A DNA stretch of 19,682 bases, from positions 1-19,682 of the forward strand of contig JBHHUC010000037.1 of the NCBI GenBank assembly GCA_046861395.1, written 5' to 3'. Shown here piece by piece: positions 8,315 to 16,205 of this stretch. The notes under the pieces are model-generated. The model searched no databases, was not told the DNA's origin, and saw nothing but the letters and a program-made list of their open reading frames with translations. Made by a program: the position numbers and the translations under genes. Position 1 is the first letter of the stretch, and each line of letters opens with the position of its first letter. Origin of the DNA: Fidelibacterota bacterium. Its GTDB lineage: Bacteria > Fidelibacterota > Marinisomatia > Marinisomatales > JABMOV01.

Positions 8315-8448
8315 CGCCAAAAGAATATTTTCGTCGGATTATACCCGGACGGCAAAAAACGCCGCGATCGATGGCATGGCTGGCTGCCATGATTATTATC
8401 GTTCTGTGGCTGATCATGTATTTACAACGAATTGCAACTGCACCATGA
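8311..8448 (+). CDS. Small 45-aa single-pass membrane protein (MTPKEYFRRIIPGRQKTPRSMAWLAAMIIIVLWLIMYLQRIATAP)
   Basis: ATG 8311 overlaps the protease stop (ATGA). The ORF exactly fills the gap to ftcD and has a basic N-terminus plus one hydrophobic helix. Confidence 0.6.
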   Translation: MTPKEYFRRIIPGRQKTPRSMAWLAAMIIIVLWLIMYLQRIATAP

Positions 8449-8458
8449 TGAGGATAAC

Positions 8459-10294
8459 ATGGCATTAGTAGAATGTGTACCGAATTTCAGTGAGGGACGT
8501 GATTCTTCCGTTATCGATGCTATCACCGCCGCTATCACCAGTGTCGACGGCATTACATTGCTGGACGTCGATCCCGGGGCTGAAACCAACCGAACGGTAG
8601 TAACGTTTGTGGGTGAGCCGGATTGTGTGGCGGAGGCCGCATTTTCCGGAATTGCCACGGCGGCGGAATTGATAAATATGGAAAACCACTCCGGGGCCCA
8701 TCCCCGAATTGGAGCCACCGATGTTTGTCCGTTTATTCCCGTAAGTGGAATCACCCGTGAAGAATGCGTCGACTTGTCACGACGAGTCGCCGAACGAGTG
8801 GGCTCAGAATTGGGGATACCGGTCTATCTCTATGAACATTCCGCCGCGACCCAGGAACGAAAAAATCTGGCCCAAGTCCGGGAAGGAGAATATGAGGGAT
8901 TGGAACATAAACTATCCCAACCACAATGGAAACCTGATTTTGGTCCGGCCCGGTTTAATGCCAAGGCCGGCGCTACTGTTATGGGATGCCGCGATTTTCT
9001 CATTGCCTACAATATTAATCTGAATACCAGCGACGCCCGTTTGGCGACTGACCTGGCGTTTGAAATTCGTGAAAAGGGTCGGGCGATCCGGCGAAGAATA
9101 AATAATTCCGTGAATCTATTGGACGGAGATTTGATTCGCTATGCCAGCGATCACTATCCCTGTTCCTATTGCGACAACGTTTTCAAAGCAACGAGTGATC
9201 TCATTGCCCACAGCAAAACGGATCACGATTTCGATATTATAGCTTATTGGCAACTCATTGGATATCAGGAGTCGTCCCTGGCAGGTAAGACTGTCAAACG
9301 CCCCGGCCTGTATCGTGGTGTAAAAGCCATCGGCTGGTACATTCCCGAATACCGCCGGGCCCAGATATCCATCAATTTTACCGATTATAAAACATCTCCC
9401 ATTCATGAGGTTTTTGATACAGTTGTGCGGTTGGCAGAAGAACGGGGAGTCCGGGTAACTGGCAGTGAATTAGTGGGATTGGTTCCGCTGGAGGCCTTGT
9501 TGATGGCAGGTCGACATTATTTGGAACGCCAGCAGCGGACAACGGGCATCCCGGAATCGGATATGGTGGAAGTGGCCGTTCAATCCCTGGGATTACGAGA
9601 TCTGGGATCCTTTGACCCTCAGACAAAAATTATCGATTATGCCGTCAGACAAGTGGACGATCTTCTCGTGGAAAAAACCGTTTCCGACTTTGTGCGTGAA
9701 TGTTCCCGTAATTCAACCGCTCCGGGGGGTGGTAGTGTTTCCGCTTTAGCCGGGGAACTGGGGGCGGCCTTAGTATCCATGGTGGCAGCCCTGACCCATG
9801 AAAAGAAAGGCTATTTTACTGTCAAGCCATGTATGCAGGGAATCGGAGATAAGGCGCAGATTTTGCAAGATAAATTACACCGGTTGGTCGATGAGGATAC
9901 CCGGGCCTTCAACGCAATTATGGCCAGCAATCGTTTGCCGGCTACGACGGCGGAAGAAAAACAGGAAAAAGTGGAGGCCCAGCGTCAGGCCCTGAAACAG
10001 GCTGTGTTGGTTCCGCTGCACGTGGCCCAGTTGGCATTTACCGTTATGGAATTGGCTCAGCAGTTAATTTCCGAGGGAAATCCCAATTCTGTCAGTGATG
10101 TCGGGGTTGCCATTGAAGTGGGAGCTGCCGCGGCGCGGGGTGCCATCCTCAATGTGAAAATCAATCTGTCCGGTCTAGACGATGAAGATTTTATCAGGAA
10201 AACTGAAACTGAAACAGAACGGATTCTTGAAGCGATTAGTGTGTTACAGCAGGATGGATTTACACAAACGATGAACGTCATCGAGCGGACCTGA
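8459..10294 (+). CDS. ftcD: Bifunctional glutamate formiminotransferase / formiminotetrahydrofolate cyclodeaminase, with C2H2 zinc-finger-like insertion
   Basis: Motifs MALVECVPNFSEGRD, H.GAHPRIGATDVCPF, FLIAYNINL, VKAIGW and GSELVGLVP. Cyclodeaminase domain carries APGGGSVSAL, LVDEDTRAFN and GNPNSVSDVGV. ATG 8459 has a GAGGA SD. Confidence 0.95.
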   Translation: MALVECVPNFSEGRDSSVIDAITAAITSVDGITLLDVDPGAETNRTVVTFVGEPDCVAEAAFSGIATAAELINMENHSGAHPRIGATDVCPFIPVSGITREECVDLSRRVAERVGSELGIPVYLYEHSAATQERKNLAQVREGEYEGLEHKLSQPQWKPDFGPARFNAKAGATVMGCRDFLIAYNINLNTSDARLATDLAFEIREKGRAIRRRINNSVNLLDGDLIRYASDHYPCSYCDNVFKATSDLIAHSKTDHDFDIIAYWQLIGYQESSLAGKTVKRPGLYRGVKAIGWYIPEYRRAQISINFTDYKTSPIHEVFDTVVRLAEERGVRVTGSELVGLVPLEALLMAGRHYLERQQRTTGIPESDMVEVAVQSLGLRDLGSFDPQTKIIDYAVRQVDDLLVEKTVSDFVRECSRNSTAPGGGSVSALAGELGAALVSMVAALTHEKKGYFTVKPCMQGIGDKAQILQDKLHRLVDEDTRAFNAIMASNRLPATTAEEKQEKVEAQRQALKQAVLVPLHVAQLAFTVMELAQQLISEGNPNSVSDVGVAIEVGAAAARGAILNVKINLSGLDDEDFIRKTETETERILEAISVLQQDGFTQTMNVIERT

Positions 10295-12081
10295 TGCCAG
10301 TTATTACTCCCTTAACGGAAGATTTACGGAATAAGATTTCCGCTGGTGAAGTTGTGGAGCGACCGGCTTCAGTTGTTAAAGAACTGGTTGAAAACAGTCT
10401 GGATGCCCAGGCTGACAAGATTGAAATTGTACTAATTCGCGGCGGTCTGGATTTGATTCAGGTAGCAGATAATGGTCACGGCATAGAACCTGAAGATCTG
10501 CCACGCTGTTTTCAGCGCTACAGTACCAGCAAGTTGTCACAGATGGAGGATTTATTCCAGATCCAAACGCTAGGGTTCCGGGGTGAAGCACTGGCCAGTA
10601 TATCATCGGTGGCCAAGGTAACGGTTACTAGTTCCTCCCGATTGACCGAAGCGCTGGATACATGGCAGGTTCGCTGTTTGGATGGTACCGTTAGCGAACC
10701 GGAACCGGCCACCGGTGAAAAAGGGACGGTTTTTACGGTAGAATCTCTTTTTTATAATACGCCGGCCCGGCGAAAATTTCTCAAATCTGCCAAAACAGAA
10801 CTGCGGCATGTCCTGGAAGTATTCAAACGCTTTGCCTTATCAAATCCGGCCGTTCGCTTTAGTCTGATTGCCGATGGTAAAACACTCATCACGGTATCTC
10901 CCGGTAGCCTGGAACAACGGATCATTGATCTCTTTGATCCAACCTATCATCAAAAATTATTGTCGGTTGATTTTGTAAAGGGAGACTATGCTTTTCGGGG
11001 CTTTACCGGTAATCTGGATCTGGTAAAATCTCGACCGGGAAACCAATACCTGTTTCTGAATGGTCGTTTCATTAAGGATCGTCTGCTGAATTCGGCTGTG
11101 TATGGCGGTTTCCGCAGTTTGATCAAACGGGGAGAATTCCCCTTTTTTGTGATCAACCTGACGGTTCCGCATAATCAGGTGGATGTGAATGTCCATCCCA
11201 TGAAAACGGAAGTGCGCTTTCAGGATGAATGGCGCGTATACCATGTTCTGAAAAGTGCCGTTGAAGAATCATTGTCTGATGTTTTGGCAACTATACCGGC
11301 TTTCACTCCTCCACAGGAATTTCATCAACATACGTCGCAGTTGACCTTCCCATCCCGTTCGGCCAATCCTGACTTTTCCTCATCCGCGGTTCAGGCTACT
11401 GAACGGGACCGACTCCGAAAGACAGAAGAAGGTTCCGATCTACCCTACCACACGATCGATCGGGCCAAATCCTATGCCAAGGAACTGGCGGGCCGCTCTG
11501 CGGAAGCTAATGCGTTCGAAACCGAAAATATATGGCAAGTGCACAATAAATACATCATTTCGCAGATTGAGAGCGGCCTAGTAATTATTGATCAGCATGT
11601 CGCCCATGAGCGAATACTTTATGAGGAGGCACTGGTGGCAATGGAGAATACACCCATGGCCTCCCAAACCTTACTTTTTCCGGAAGAGTTTACTTTTTCT
11701 CCCGACGACTTTTCCGTACTGATCGATCTGATTCCCGCATTGGAAAAATTAGGATTCAGGATGCGTTCTTCCGGACACAATACGATTCTGCTGGAAGCCG
11801 TGCCGTCCAATCTGACCCGCGGTAAAGAGCGGGAGGTCATAATAGATATTTTGGATCACTTTATTGAACAACGGAAAGAAACAGCATCCTTCCAGGAAAG
11901 CCTGGCCGCTTCTTTTGCCTGTCATGCTGCAATCAAGGCCGGAGATAAACTGACACGGGATGAGATTTATGCCCTGGTAAATCGATTATTTGCCACCAAG
12001 CATCCCTATTACTGTCCCCATGGTCGTCCGATCATAGTACAACTGAGTCTGGCGGAAATGGACGAGCGGTTCGAGCGGTAA
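10294..12081 (+). CDS. mutL: DNA mismatch repair endonuclease MutL (MutH-independent type)
   Basis: Motifs ISAGEVVERPASVVKEL.ENSLDA, DNGHGI, TLGFRGEALASI and DVNVHP.K.EV. Endonuclease motifs DQHVAHERILYE, ACH and CPHGRP; clamp-binding QTLLFP. Confidence 0.97.
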   Translation: MPVITPLTEDLRNKISAGEVVERPASVVKELVENSLDAQADKIEIVLIRGGLDLIQVADNGHGIEPEDLPRCFQRYSTSKLSQMEDLFQIQTLGFRGEALASISSVAKVTVTSSSRLTEALDTWQVRCLDGTVSEPEPATGEKGTVFTVESLFYNTPARRKFLKSAKTELRHVLEVFKRFALSNPAVRFSLIADGKTLITVSPGSLEQRIIDLFDPTYHQKLLSVDFVKGDYAFRGFTGNLDLVKSRPGNQYLFLNGRFIKDRLLNSAVYGGFRSLIKRGEFPFFVINLTVPHNQVDVNVHPMKTEVRFQDEWRVYHVLKSAVEESLSDVLATIPAFTPPQEFHQHTSQLTFPSRSANPDFSSSAVQATERDRLRKTEEGSDLPYHTIDRAKSYAKELAGRSAEANAFETENIWQVHNKYIISQIESGLVIIDQHVAHERILYEEALVAMENTPMASQTLLFPEEFTFSPDDFSVLIDLIPALEKLGFRMRSSGHNTILLEAVPSNLTRGKEREVIIDILDHFIEQRKETASFQESLAASFACHAAIKAGDKLTRDEIYALVNRLFATKHPYYCPHGRPIIVQLSLAEMDERFER

Positions 12082-12151
12082 GGGATTGGTCCGCCATGAT
12101 TTATCCCGAAATAGATGTTTGAAAAGTTTTTAGTTTCTTCAGACAATTCAT

Positions 12152-12183
12152 TTTGTTCTGGTTTTGAATTAAAGCTAATTTTA
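12152..12183 (+). promoter_or_regulatory. Putative promoter of the ffh-rpsP-khpA-rimM-trmD-rplS operon
   Basis: AT-rich 127-nt intergenic region with TTTG (12152-12155), 20 nt, TAATTTTA (12176-12183). Also readable as TTGTTC-17-TAATTT. Confidence 0.45.
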
Positions 12184-12208
12184 TCTGCTGTATCCGAATT
12201 GAAAATAT

Positions 12209-13546
12209 ATGCTTGAGCAACTCACAGATCGATTTGACACCATTTTTCGGAATGTCCGTGGATTAGGGAAAATTACTGACGCAAATATCCACCAGACATC
12301 GCGGGAAATCCGTCGTGTACTACTGGAAGCGGATGTCAATTTTGCGGTGGCTAAATCCTTTGTTCAACGCATTGCCGACCGGGCTCAGGGGACGAAAGTG
12401 ATCAAGTCCATTAAACCTGGGGAACAATTTGTCAAGATTGTTCATGGTGAACTGGTGGCTTTGCTGGGTAATGATCCAACTCCTGTGACGTTACAGAAAA
12501 ACGATTTGACTGTCATTCTTATGGCCGGACTTCAGGGATCCGGTAAGACGACAACCAGCGCCAAGTTGGCGAATTGGTTCCAGCAAAAAGGACATACGGT
12601 TCTCCTGGTTGCGGCAGATGTTTATCGGCCCGCGGCCATCGATCAGTTAAAAACACTTGGTGAAGGCATCGGATGTCCGGTGTTTGATCGGGGGCAGACC
12701 AACCCGGTCCATGTTTGCCGTGAAGCGAAGCGAGAAGCGGAAAACGATTCTTATGATATTATGATTATCGATAGTGCCGGACGATTGCACGTCGATGATG
12801 ATATGATGAAGGAACTGGTGTCATTACAGGCGGTATTGCAACCCCAGGAAATCCTGTTTGTGGTCGATGGAATGACGGGACAGGATGCGGTAAATTCAGC
12901 CGGGGCATTTCATGAACAATTACCTCTGACCGGTACGGTATTAACCAAACTGGATGGAGATGCCCGGGGCGGAGCCGCTCTATCCATTGTCGATGTGACC
13001 GGATTGCCTATCAAATTTATCGGGACATCGGAAAAAATCGATGGTATTGAATATTTTGATCCGGTACGCATGGCCAATCGTATCCTGGGATACGGTGATG
13101 TATTGTCATTGGTGGAAAAAGCTCAACGGGTGGTGGATGAAAAGGAAGCCAGCCGGATTGAGAAAAAAATTCGACAACAGTCCTTTGACCTCAATGATTT
13201 TCTGAGTCAAATCCACCAGCTGAAAAAAATGGGTCCACTGGAAGATTTGATCGGCATGATGCCGGGAATGAATAAAAAAATGTTACGAGGCGCAGTCCTG
13301 GATGACCGCGCCGTGGTCTGGATGGAAGCCATTATTCAATCCATGACACCGCAGGAAAGGGCCAATCCGGCTATTCTCAATGGTAGCCGCCGGAAGCGCA
13401 TCGCAATGGGGTCCGGACGGTCGCTGTATGAAATCAATCAATTGCTGAAGCAATATCATCATTTGCAAAAGATGATGAAGAAATTTGGCAGGATGCGCCA
13501 GCCCCTGTTAGGAAAGATGCAAGGAGCATTTAAGCAATTTTCGTAA
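12209..13546 (+). CDS. ffh: Signal recognition particle protein Ffh (SRP54)
   Basis: Motifs LLEADVN, GLQGSGKTTT, AADVYRPAA, DSAGR, TKLDGDARGGAALS and the M-domain SMT..ER..P..LNGSRRKRIA.GSG. Confidence 0.98.
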   Translation: MLEQLTDRFDTIFRNVRGLGKITDANIHQTSREIRRVLLEADVNFAVAKSFVQRIADRAQGTKVIKSIKPGEQFVKIVHGELVALLGNDPTPVTLQKNDLTVILMAGLQGSGKTTTSAKLANWFQQKGHTVLLVAADVYRPAAIDQLKTLGEGIGCPVFDRGQTNPVHVCREAKREAENDSYDIMIIDSAGRLHVDDDMMKELVSLQAVLQPQEILFVVDGMTGQDAVNSAGAFHEQLPLTGTVLTKLDGDARGGAALSIVDVTGLPIKFIGTSEKIDGIEYFDPVRMANRILGYGDVLSLVEKAQRVVDEKEASRIEKKIRQQSFDLNDFLSQIHQLKKMGPLEDLIGMMPGMNKKMLRGAVLDDRAVVWMEAIIQSMTPQERANPAILNGSRRKRIAMGSGRSLYEINQLLKQYHHLQKMMKKFGRMRQPLLGKMQGAFKQFS

Positions 13547-13615
13547 ATTTGACTCAGGTTTCGCAACAGAAAAGACGGCACCTGAAGGTAAGTACAATAA
13601 AAAGGAGAACATAGT

Positions 13616-14293
13616 TTGGCGACAAAAATTAGACTGAAACGAGTCGGAAGAAGAAATCGACCATTTTACCGTGTAGTCGTTATGGATTCAAGAAAGCGGC
13701 GCGATGGTGCGGCCCTGGAAGAAGTGGGTTGGTATAACCCCATCGCCCTCGACAAGGAAAACAATTATTCATTGAAGGAAGACCGCATTTTCTATTGGCT
13801 GGGAGAAGGCGCCCAACCGACGGATATTGCCCATCACCTCTTCAAGCGTGCCGGTATTGCGTTTAAGTGGCACCTGATGAAACAGGGGCTCGATGAAAAG
13901 GCGATTGAAAAGGAAATGCAAAAATGGATGTTAGCAAACGAAGCTTCAAAGAAGAAGAAGGAAGAGTCTAAGGCAGCGGCTGCAACACAGAAGGCTGAAC
14001 CTAAGACACCGGAATCTTCAGCGGGTGAAGAGGCGGAAGCTGAAGCAGTGGAAGAACCGACTGCCGAAGTAACGGAAACCGAGGCGGATTCCGCTGCCAC
14101 GGAAGAAGCCACTGAATCGACCGCAGACGGTGCAACAGAACCGAAAGCGGAAAAAACAGACGACACCGCCACGGAAGAAAAAGCCAACACCGAACCGGAA
14201 ACGGGTTCCGAAGAGGAAACCACCGGAGACGAATCGGAAGAAACAGCAGAAGACAGCGACGAGAATACCGAAAAACCCACTGAAGAAAAATAA
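13616..14293 (+). CDS. rpsP: 30S ribosomal protein S16 with long acidic low-complexity C-terminal extension
   Basis: Motifs KIRLKR.G....PFYRVVV.DSR..RDG, VG.YNP and YWL..GAQPT. TTG start with AGGAG SD at 13603-13607. Confidence 0.96.
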   Translation: MATKIRLKRVGRRNRPFYRVVVMDSRKRRDGAALEEVGWYNPIALDKENNYSLKEDRIFYWLGEGAQPTDIAHHLFKRAGIAFKWHLMKQGLDEKAIEKEMQKWMLANEASKKKKEESKAAAATQKAEPKTPESSAGEEAEAEAVEEPTAEVTETEADSAATEEATESTADGATEPKAEKTDDTATEEKANTEPETGSEEETTGDESEETAEDSDENTEKPTEEK

Positions 14294-14340
14294 TAGTCCA
14301 AACTAATAGCGGTAATATTGCCTGAAAAGGAGTAGAGGGT

Positions 14341-14577
14341 ATGAAGGAGTTCATTGAATATGTTGTGAAACTCTTGGTTGATAAACCGGATGAAGTGGAA
14401 GTCAACAGCGTAGAGACGGAGAAACGGATCATCTATGAACTGACAGTCGGCGAAGGAGATTACGGGAAAGTCATTGGAAAAGGTGGAAAAAATATCTCTG
14501 CAATTCGCTCACTGGTTTTTGCCATTAACGCTAAGCAGGGTGGAAAACGTGCCCGTTTGGATGTGATTGACCGCTAA
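14341..14577 (+). CDS. khpA: KH-domain RNA-binding protein (KhpA/YlqC family)
   Basis: Motifs LVDKPDEV.V and D.GKVIGKGG.NI.AIR; canonical position between rpsP and rimM. Confidence 0.92.
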   Translation: MKEFIEYVVKLLVDKPDEVEVNSVETEKRIIYELTVGEGDYGKVIGKGGKNISAIRSLVFAINAKQGGKRARLDVIDR

Positions 14578-14578
14578 T

Positions 14579-15082
14579 ATGAATAAAGACCTGATTGCAA
14601 TTGCCAAGATTACCCGCACCGCCGGATTGCACGGTGAAGTTCGTGTCCGTCCTTTATTACGCCATTTTGATACGTATGTGGAAGAAAAGCCATTATACAT
14701 TGGCCTGTCCAAACAGCTCAATCGTGAAATTCAGTTGCAAAACAAAATCGGAATGGGGAAAAAAGTACGTTTCCGGTTTTCTGGTGTTGATACACGGGAT
14801 GAGGCGGAAGCCCTGATCGGACAATATGTCTTTGCTTCGGTAGATCAGGATGACCGTATTCACTGGATTTCCGAAGATATTCTGGGCGCCGATGTAGTCA
14901 CAAATATCGGCGATTATGTCGGAGTCCTGGTGGAAATGTTATGGTTGCCACAGAATGATGTATATGTCATTCGGAACGGTAACCGGGAATACCTGATTCC
15001 TGTCATTCCTGAAATCATTATGGACGTGGATATTGAAGGTGGTATTATCATTATATCCCCTATGGATGGATTGTTGGATTGA
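14579..15082 (+). CDS. rimM: Ribosome maturation factor RimM
   Basis: Motifs IAKI....GLHGEV.V, F.GVDTRDEAEAL.G, QNDVYVI, EYLIP.I and I.PMDGLLD. ATG 14579 preferred over TTG 14567. Confidence 0.93.
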   Translation: MNKDLIAIAKITRTAGLHGEVRVRPLLRHFDTYVEEKPLYIGLSKQLNREIQLQNKIGMGKKVRFRFSGVDTRDEAEALIGQYVFASVDQDDRIHWISEDILGADVVTNIGDYVGVLVEMLWLPQNDVYVIRNGNREYLIPVIPEIIMDVDIEGGIIIISPMDGLLD

Positions 15083-15804
15083 CACAAATTGGCGTTATTA
15101 CACCAGTCCCGGATGTTATTACGACCCTGGTCCGAAACAGCATCCTGCGTAAGGCTGTTAACAAGGGACTGGTTGAATTACACGTATTTAATCTTCGTGA
15201 TTTTGCTACCGGGACTTATCGTCAGATAGACGATACACCCTACGGGGGAGGAGCGGGAATGGTCTTAATGGCCGAACCGCTTTTCAAGGCGATCTCAGCC
15301 TGTAAGTCAGCAATGACTTTCGGAAAAGAGGGGAGGGTAATGTATCCCTCGCCGCAGGGACCAGTATGGTCCCAGGACATGGCACAAAAGTTTAGCCAAG
15401 TCGAACAGCTCATTTTCATTTGTGGCCATTACAAGGGAATGGATGAACGGGTCATCGAACACTGTGTGACGGATGAATTCTCGCTGGGTGATTATGTGAT
15501 TTCCGGTGGAGAATTAGCCGCAATGGTAATGATCGACAGTATGGTGCGATTGCTACCGGGTGTATTAAACCGGATTGATTCGGCGGAAACGGATTCTTTC
15601 CCCACCGGATTATTGGATTGCCCTTATTACACCAAACCCCGATCCCTGAACGGGATGGATGTCCCGGATGTCTTATTGAGCGGACATCATGGTGATATCG
15701 AAAAATGGCGGCAGGAGCAACGGGAGACCCGGACCAAAAACCGTCGCCCGGATTTATGGAAAAGATTTCAGAAAATAAAAAAAGATTCGGAGAATGAATC
15801 ATGA
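15079..15804 (+). CDS. trmD: tRNA (guanine37-N1)-methyltransferase
   Basis: Motifs [39 protein letters not shown] and [14 protein letters not shown] overlap with rimM. Confidence 0.97.
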   Translation: MTQIGVITPVPDVITTLVRNSILRKAVNKGLVELHVFNLRDFATGTYRQIDDTPYGGGAGMVLMAEPLFKAISACKSAMTFGKEGRVMYPSPQGPVWSQDMAQKFSQVEQLIFICGHYKGMDERVIEHCVTDEFSLGDYVISGGELAAMVMIDSMVRLLPGVLNRIDSAETDSFPTGLLDCPYYTKPRSLNGMDVPDVLLSGHHGDIEKWRQEQRETRTKNRRPDLWKRFQKIKKDSENES

Positions 15805-16142
15805 ACAAACTACATGAAGTTGGCAAGAAATTTATGAAAAGTGATGTGCCGGACTTTCAATCCGGTGACACAGTTGCCATAGATGTGCGGGTGGTTGAAG
15901 GCGGAAAAGAACGTATTCAGCGTTACCAGGGAGTCGTTATTGGCCGGAAAGGTGGTGGGATAGAAGAAACCTTTACCGTACGGAAAATATCCGGGGGCGT
16001 TGGTGTAGAGCGTATCTTTCCCTTGCATTCCCCCATGATTGCGAAAATTGAAGTGCTGCGGCACGGGAAAGTACGTCGTGCCAAATTGAATTATCTGAAA
16101 GAATTACGCGGAAAAGCGGCCCGTATTCAGGAAAAACGATAA
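15801..16142 (+). CDS. rplS: 50S ribosomal protein L19
   Basis: Motifs [39 protein letters not shown] and [10 protein letters not shown]. Confidence 0.98.
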   Translation: MNKLHEVGKKFMKSDVPDFQSGDTVAIDVRVVEGGKERIQRYQGVVIGRKGGGIEETFTVRKISGGVGVERIFPLHSPMIAKIEVLRHGKVRRAKLNYLKELRGKAARIQEKR

Positions 16143-16156
16143 TCAGCAACTGAATC

Positions 16157-16190
16157 TAAAAAATCCCCTTTTACAGGGGATTTTTTATTT
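16157..16190 (+). terminator. Rho-independent terminator, potentially bidirectional, ending the rpsP-rplS operon
   Basis: Perfect 13-bp inverted repeat TAAAAAATCCCCT-tttac-AGGGGATTTTTTA (16157-16187), with a U-tract on both strands. Confidence 0.85.
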
Positions 16191-16205
16191 CGATCCCCAT
16201 CGGAT

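Noticed and set aside
8432..8458. N-terminal extension of FtcD (MQLHHDEDN) from the ORF-track start
   Set aside because: Family homology begins at MALVECVPNFSEG. ATG 8459 has a GAGGA SD, and the longer start would overlap the small membrane ORF.
10199..10220. Short tandem repeat (ACTGAA)n in ftcD
   Set aside because: Only 2-3 imperfect in-frame copies encoding KTETETE; too short to imply phase variation or an array.
11587..12030. MutL endonuclease motifs as something unusual
   Set aside because: DQHxxHER, ACH and CPHGRP are standard for the majority of bacteria that lack MutH.
13549..13598. TTGACT and TACAAT as a sigma70 -35/-10 pair for rpsP
   Set aside because: The spacing is 38 nt, far from the required 16-18.
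13834..14432. Minus-strand ORFs (155 aa and 143 aa) opposite rpsP
   Set aside because: These are shadow ORFs. The S/V/A/F-rich text is simply the reverse complement of the GAA/ACC-rich acidic tail, which lacks antisense stop codons.
14341..14577. KH-domain gene inside the rpsP-rimM-trmD-rplS operon
   Set aside because: This is a widespread, well-described arrangement (khpA/ylqC).
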